Shown: piece by piece, positions 28,901 through 33,145 of the stretch
How the letters are laid out: the number at the start of each line of letters is the position of its first letter
Position numbering within the stretch: position 1 is the stretch's first letter
DNA from: a virus
Taxonomy: Duplodnaviria; Heunggongvirae; Uroviricota; Caudoviricetes
DNA: 33,145 nt
Reading direction: 5' to 3' (one strand)
Virus record (IMG/VR): IMGVR_UViG_3300021255_003500
Location: 73,962 to 107,106 of that record
Position numbers and translations under genes: made by a program
The notes under the pieces: model-generated
Told to the model about the DNA's origin: nothing
Database searches by the model: none
What the model saw: only the letters and a program-made list of their open reading frames with translations

Positions 28901-31900
28901 CGATGTTGATGGTGATACCATTCAGCTTTTGAGAGAAGATTTATATAGATATGTCCAATCCACATATCAAGGGCGTACAAATAAATACGGTAAAAGAAAT
29001 CCAGACATAAAGCCAACAGCAGAACAAATCCAACAGGAAAACAACTACACGCCAAGGAGTCAGACACCAGAAGATATATATAAGTTGATGTTTAGACAAG
29101 CTGTGTCTCAGATTAAGATGGGTTCTATATCTAGGGCGCAGGACGCATTGGCTACTATCAACTGGAATGATCCAGAAATGGTTCGACAGTACGGTCAAGC
29201 TGCAGCAGATTTAGCACAGTTATACGATGTTGACAGCACGTATATGAAGACTGGTGTTGCAGGAAAATGGACTTCATATGCTCATAAGGCTAGAAAACTT
29301 GGTCGTCCTTTCAGTCATGTATTCAATAATTTAGTTGGATCAATACAAAATAATGATTTTGAACGTTTAGGCAATTTTGCAGAAATCAACTTTCCTAGTC
29401 GATTCCACGGATTAACCGCTTCAGCGTTGTCATCTGTTGCCCAAACTCCACTGTCTAATCGTGTGATCGAGCAAATGATAGAAGCACAAAATGACTTGCC
29501 TGTATTTAACGGAATGAGTGCCAATCAATTAGCTGCATTAGAAGATCCTTTGTCTCAAGCTCAGGCAGCGTATTACAAAAAGAACAATGAAATATTCGCC
29601 AAGCTTCTGACGCAAGGCGGAGTCGTTGGCTTAGAAGATAAGGAAACACTTACTGCACTTCTTCAGAACTGGAAGAGTCATAGTTTTACTCCCCTGCAAT
29701 CGGAGGACCAAAAGAAAGCACTTGATCTCCAGCAATCTCGTTTGAATTATCTAAACATGCTTGGTTTAGTTGAAGGTAAAACCGATGGATATATGAAGCT
29801 ATTTGATGGTTTACGTACTACAAGTGATGCTTCAGCTTTCGGAACGTCTTTTAACGCATCTCGAGATCAAGAAAGAATTAACCAGGCTATAGCTGTTGGT
29901 TTGAATCCAACAATGGTTGCGGCCACGCAGTCTTGGGGAACAGCACAGCAAATAGCGCAAGCAAAACAACGAGCTTATAATTAGACATATAGCTACTCGC
30001 AACTTATGTCATTAGAAAAGAATCCTCAAGAGTGGTATGAACGTTACGTAGAAGGTAAAGAATCTGTATCTTCTCCTCAAGCTCATATTGGTAATGCCAT
30101 TGATTTAACCATGGGACAATGGGCTGAATTTAAAAGAAAGCATCAAAACGAAGGCACTCCAATGCCTGATACTGAATATTTTCAAAAGTTCTTCGATAAT
30201 ATTATTACTGGACAATTAGAGCCAGCAGAAGCTTTAATCGACGGCGTTCAAGATGTTTTAGCTGCAGGTAAGCATTGGTTTAAAGACGGTGTTGATAAGA
30301 ATAGTCCACATTATGAAAGGTATTTAAGAGCAAGACAAGCCGCAGGTATGTTTACAGAACGGTTTAAGGATTGGCAAGTATATGAAGTAGATGATCCAAA
30401 TCATCCTGGCCAAAAAAAAGCAAGTTATCAAATGTTACGTCATCCAAATTTCGGTGATTTGCCAGATGGGTCAGGACAAATTAAATCAGTAGGATGGGTT
30501 GATCTTGGGTTAATAGATCCCCAAGGACGAAAGGTCGATTTTGACTTAAAACCGATTAGAGATTATTGGCATATAGAATCATAGGATCCTAATCGTAGAA
30601 TGGGTGTCCGCGACCAGTTATATTCGTATCAATCTTCCAGGCCAGGCGCCTTTAACGCAGATCGTCTTGGTGTAATTTCCTATAATGAAAAAGGTGGATT
30701 GCAGACAAACGTTTGGGATTTTAATCCAGCTGAAAGAGAAGCGGTAGAAAAACGACTTCAAGGTATCGCAGCTCGTCGATTTGCTTTTGCAGAACAAACT
30801 GGCGACTCTATATTCGCATTAAGAGCTGGTATGTTAAACCCATATGGATCGCAACCAAATGGATCGCAGTTTAATATTAGAAACATGAGAGATAGTGGGT
30901 TTGATCGCTTGCAATATGAAGCAAACCAAAAAGCAACAGAAGATGTCTATCGAGAGGCTCGTGAAGAAGAAGAAAGAAATATAAGAAATGAAGGAGCTGC
31001 TGCTAGGCGCAGGATGAGTAAAGACACCGGTACGGCCATAGCAGAAGCAATGAGTTTGCGTCAAGATATTAAAGCATTTGAAAATAGTTGGGATGAATTT
31101 AATCAGCAAATGCAAGGAGATCTTAATAGAAGAACTAAAGATCGTAGTTACTCAAAATGGGTCGGTTATCGATCACGCATCCATGAAGGTTATGAAGAAG
31201 AGCGCAACGCTCTTTTGGGAAGAGGCGCAGACGCGCAAACATTAGCAACCGCTGCCGAAAAACATGAACATGCTTTAGAACAATACAGGACCGCTTTACG
31301 TGAAGCTGCAACCGGAGATAAATCAGACGCCATTCAAGCAGGCTCACATATTGAGGATTTGATGGGATCTGCTTACGGTAATAAAAAACTAAGCGGTATT
31401 GCAGATGGCTTTAAGCAAATAACACAAAGCATTCAGCAGGCACAATAGACATACGAAGTGTTTGAGAAAGAAATCAAAGATAAAGGAACAAATAATATAA
31501 CAAAAGAAGACCAATCTGCTTTAGACAAAGGATCTGAGCAGTTGAAAAAACTATCCGAGCAAGGTTAGAAATATCAAACAATACTGTAGCAGCAAGCAAT
31601 TAACGTTTCTAACTCTGCGTTAGATTCATTATATGCTTCACAATCCGGAGCTCGTGCATAGACTATTCCTTTAAAAGATAATATCAAAGCCGATCGAATG
31701 ATGGAATTATTTGGGCTGTCTTAGAATTTTAAATCATTATTAGACAATCATATAATTGATAATGACGCATACACTAATTTTATGCAAAGACTAGCTACAT
31801 TACAATAGCCGGAAGCCTTAGAGCAATACGCTGCATTGAGAGCACAAGAATCTGCAGTTAAAGATAAGTATAATGAAGATCTGGCTAAAATACGATTACA

Positions 31901-33145
31901 ACAAGCACAATTTGGTACATCTGCTTATGACCGTCAAGCTGCAGCAAGGGATAGGCAAAATCGTTATCTGTATAGCAATTCTGCATTGACTCAAGCTTAT
32001 CTTCGTCGTCGATCTATGTATGATTCATATGCTTCATTAAAAGAAGAAGCAACAATTGGGGCAGGAAAAGCAAAAGCAGATCAAGATTTATACAAAGCAG
32101 AGATGGATAAATACTATGACCAAGATGGGAAACTAAAACCAGGGGTCAATGAGCATGATGCGAACATGGCTAAATTTGGATATAGCACAGCAACAGAAAA
32201 CCTAAAGAAATATAATCGGCAACTTGAAGATGCCAATGAAGGGATGAAACGTTTTAGTGGATTTGGAAATTTAGTTGGAACATCTCTTGAAGCGATGAAT
32301 AAAACCTTGGATCATACTATACGTATGTTCAGTCATCGCTTCTTTATGGCTGCTATTCGTGAAGCAACCCAATTTGTCAAACAATATGATGCTTCAATGC
32401 GGCAGATCCAGGCGATCACTTACAAAACAGACGAAGAGATGGCATCTATCCGTTCTGATACAATCGATAAAGCAATTGAGCTTAAAACATCTGCAACTAA
32501 CGTGGCTGAAGTTGAGGCATCGTTGTATCGTCAAGGTCTTGGAGACGCAGAAGTAAGAGAACGTACAGATGCGATCATCAAATTCTAGACTGTTACTGGG
32601 CAGAAAGTTACTACAGCTACAAAGGGATTAACAACAGCTATTCAAACTGGACTTGTTGATAATATCTACGAAGCAATGGATGCATTAACCGCGCTTGGTG
32701 ATCGAGCTGCGACAACAGCTGAAGAGATCGAAAAGGGTATGCAGAAGTCTGCGGCGGCTGCTGCTAATGCAGGTGTCAGTTACAATGAATTAAACACCAT
32801 GCTGACAGTTATTACCAGTAAGACTCAACTTGGTGGTGCTCAAGCCGGTACAGCTCTGCAAACATTGTTCAGCCGAATGAACCGTGTCACAAAGGCTGGA
32901 TATATAAACGATGAAGGCGGCGAAGCAACTTCCATTAATGATGTTGAAAACGCACTGAAGTCTGTTGGTATTCAAATGAGAGAAGGATCCGGGTTCAGAA
33001 GCAGCACAGCCATACTTCGCGATCTTGCAAAAGTTTGGAACGACATCAATGATCTTCAGAGAGGCAACATAACATACGCAATGGCTGGTGGTCGTCAGCA
33101 GAATATGTTCCAAGCTTTAATGGAAGGTATGGCTGAAGATAACGG
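25932..33145 (+). CDS. giant tape measure protein carrying a two-barrel RNA polymerase domain and a PD-(D/E)XK nuclease domain (14 in-frame TAG; continues past the window)
   Basis: GGAGG RBS, MSEKIELEFVAN start. One frame to the window end with only TAG interruptions. RNAP motifs 27.9-29.3 kb, nuclease motifs 30.1-30.6 kb, TP901-type tape-measure core from about 32.3 kb. Confidence 0.85.

Noticed and set aside
1-33145. Integrase, att site, lysis genes, host genes
   Set aside because: None recognisable in this window, so prophage versus free phage cannot be decided.

Overview
A 33 kb piece of a large tailed phage or prophage genome. The head and tail gene order resembles SPbeta-type siphoviruses. 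Strong AAAGGAGG ribosome-binding sites suggest a Firmicute host (inference). The phage reassigns TAG to a sense codon, most likely Gln. The large terminase, portal, major capsid, two connector genes, tail tube, several small genes and one giant gene are interrupted only by in-frame TAG (30 counted), never by TAA or TGA. Layout: 1-1.7 kb, a leftward cluster of four divergent paralogs; 1.7-2.6 kb, an AT-rich non-coding repeat region; 2.6-10.6 kb, a leftward, TAG-free, presumably early region (XRE-like regulator, SSB-like protein, catalytically dead RNase H fold, hairpin-rich spacer, and a 1059-aa YonO-like two-barrel RNA polymerase); 10.8-23 kb, the rightward morphogenesis operon with a tRNA(CAT); 23-25.9 kb, an accessory block with four TAG-dependent type I toxin-like peptides. 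The main finding is a single ORF from 25932 to beyond the window end (over 2400 codons, 14 TAGs). It joins a tape-measure-like N-terminus, a second complete two-barrel RNA polymerase domain (GGDVDGD), a RecB-type PD-(D/E)XK nuclease domain and a TP901-type tape-measure core. This points to a virion-delivered RNAP carried on the tape measure protein, possibly with hairpin promoters in the early region. All family assignments come from motif recognition by eye; no database searches were run.
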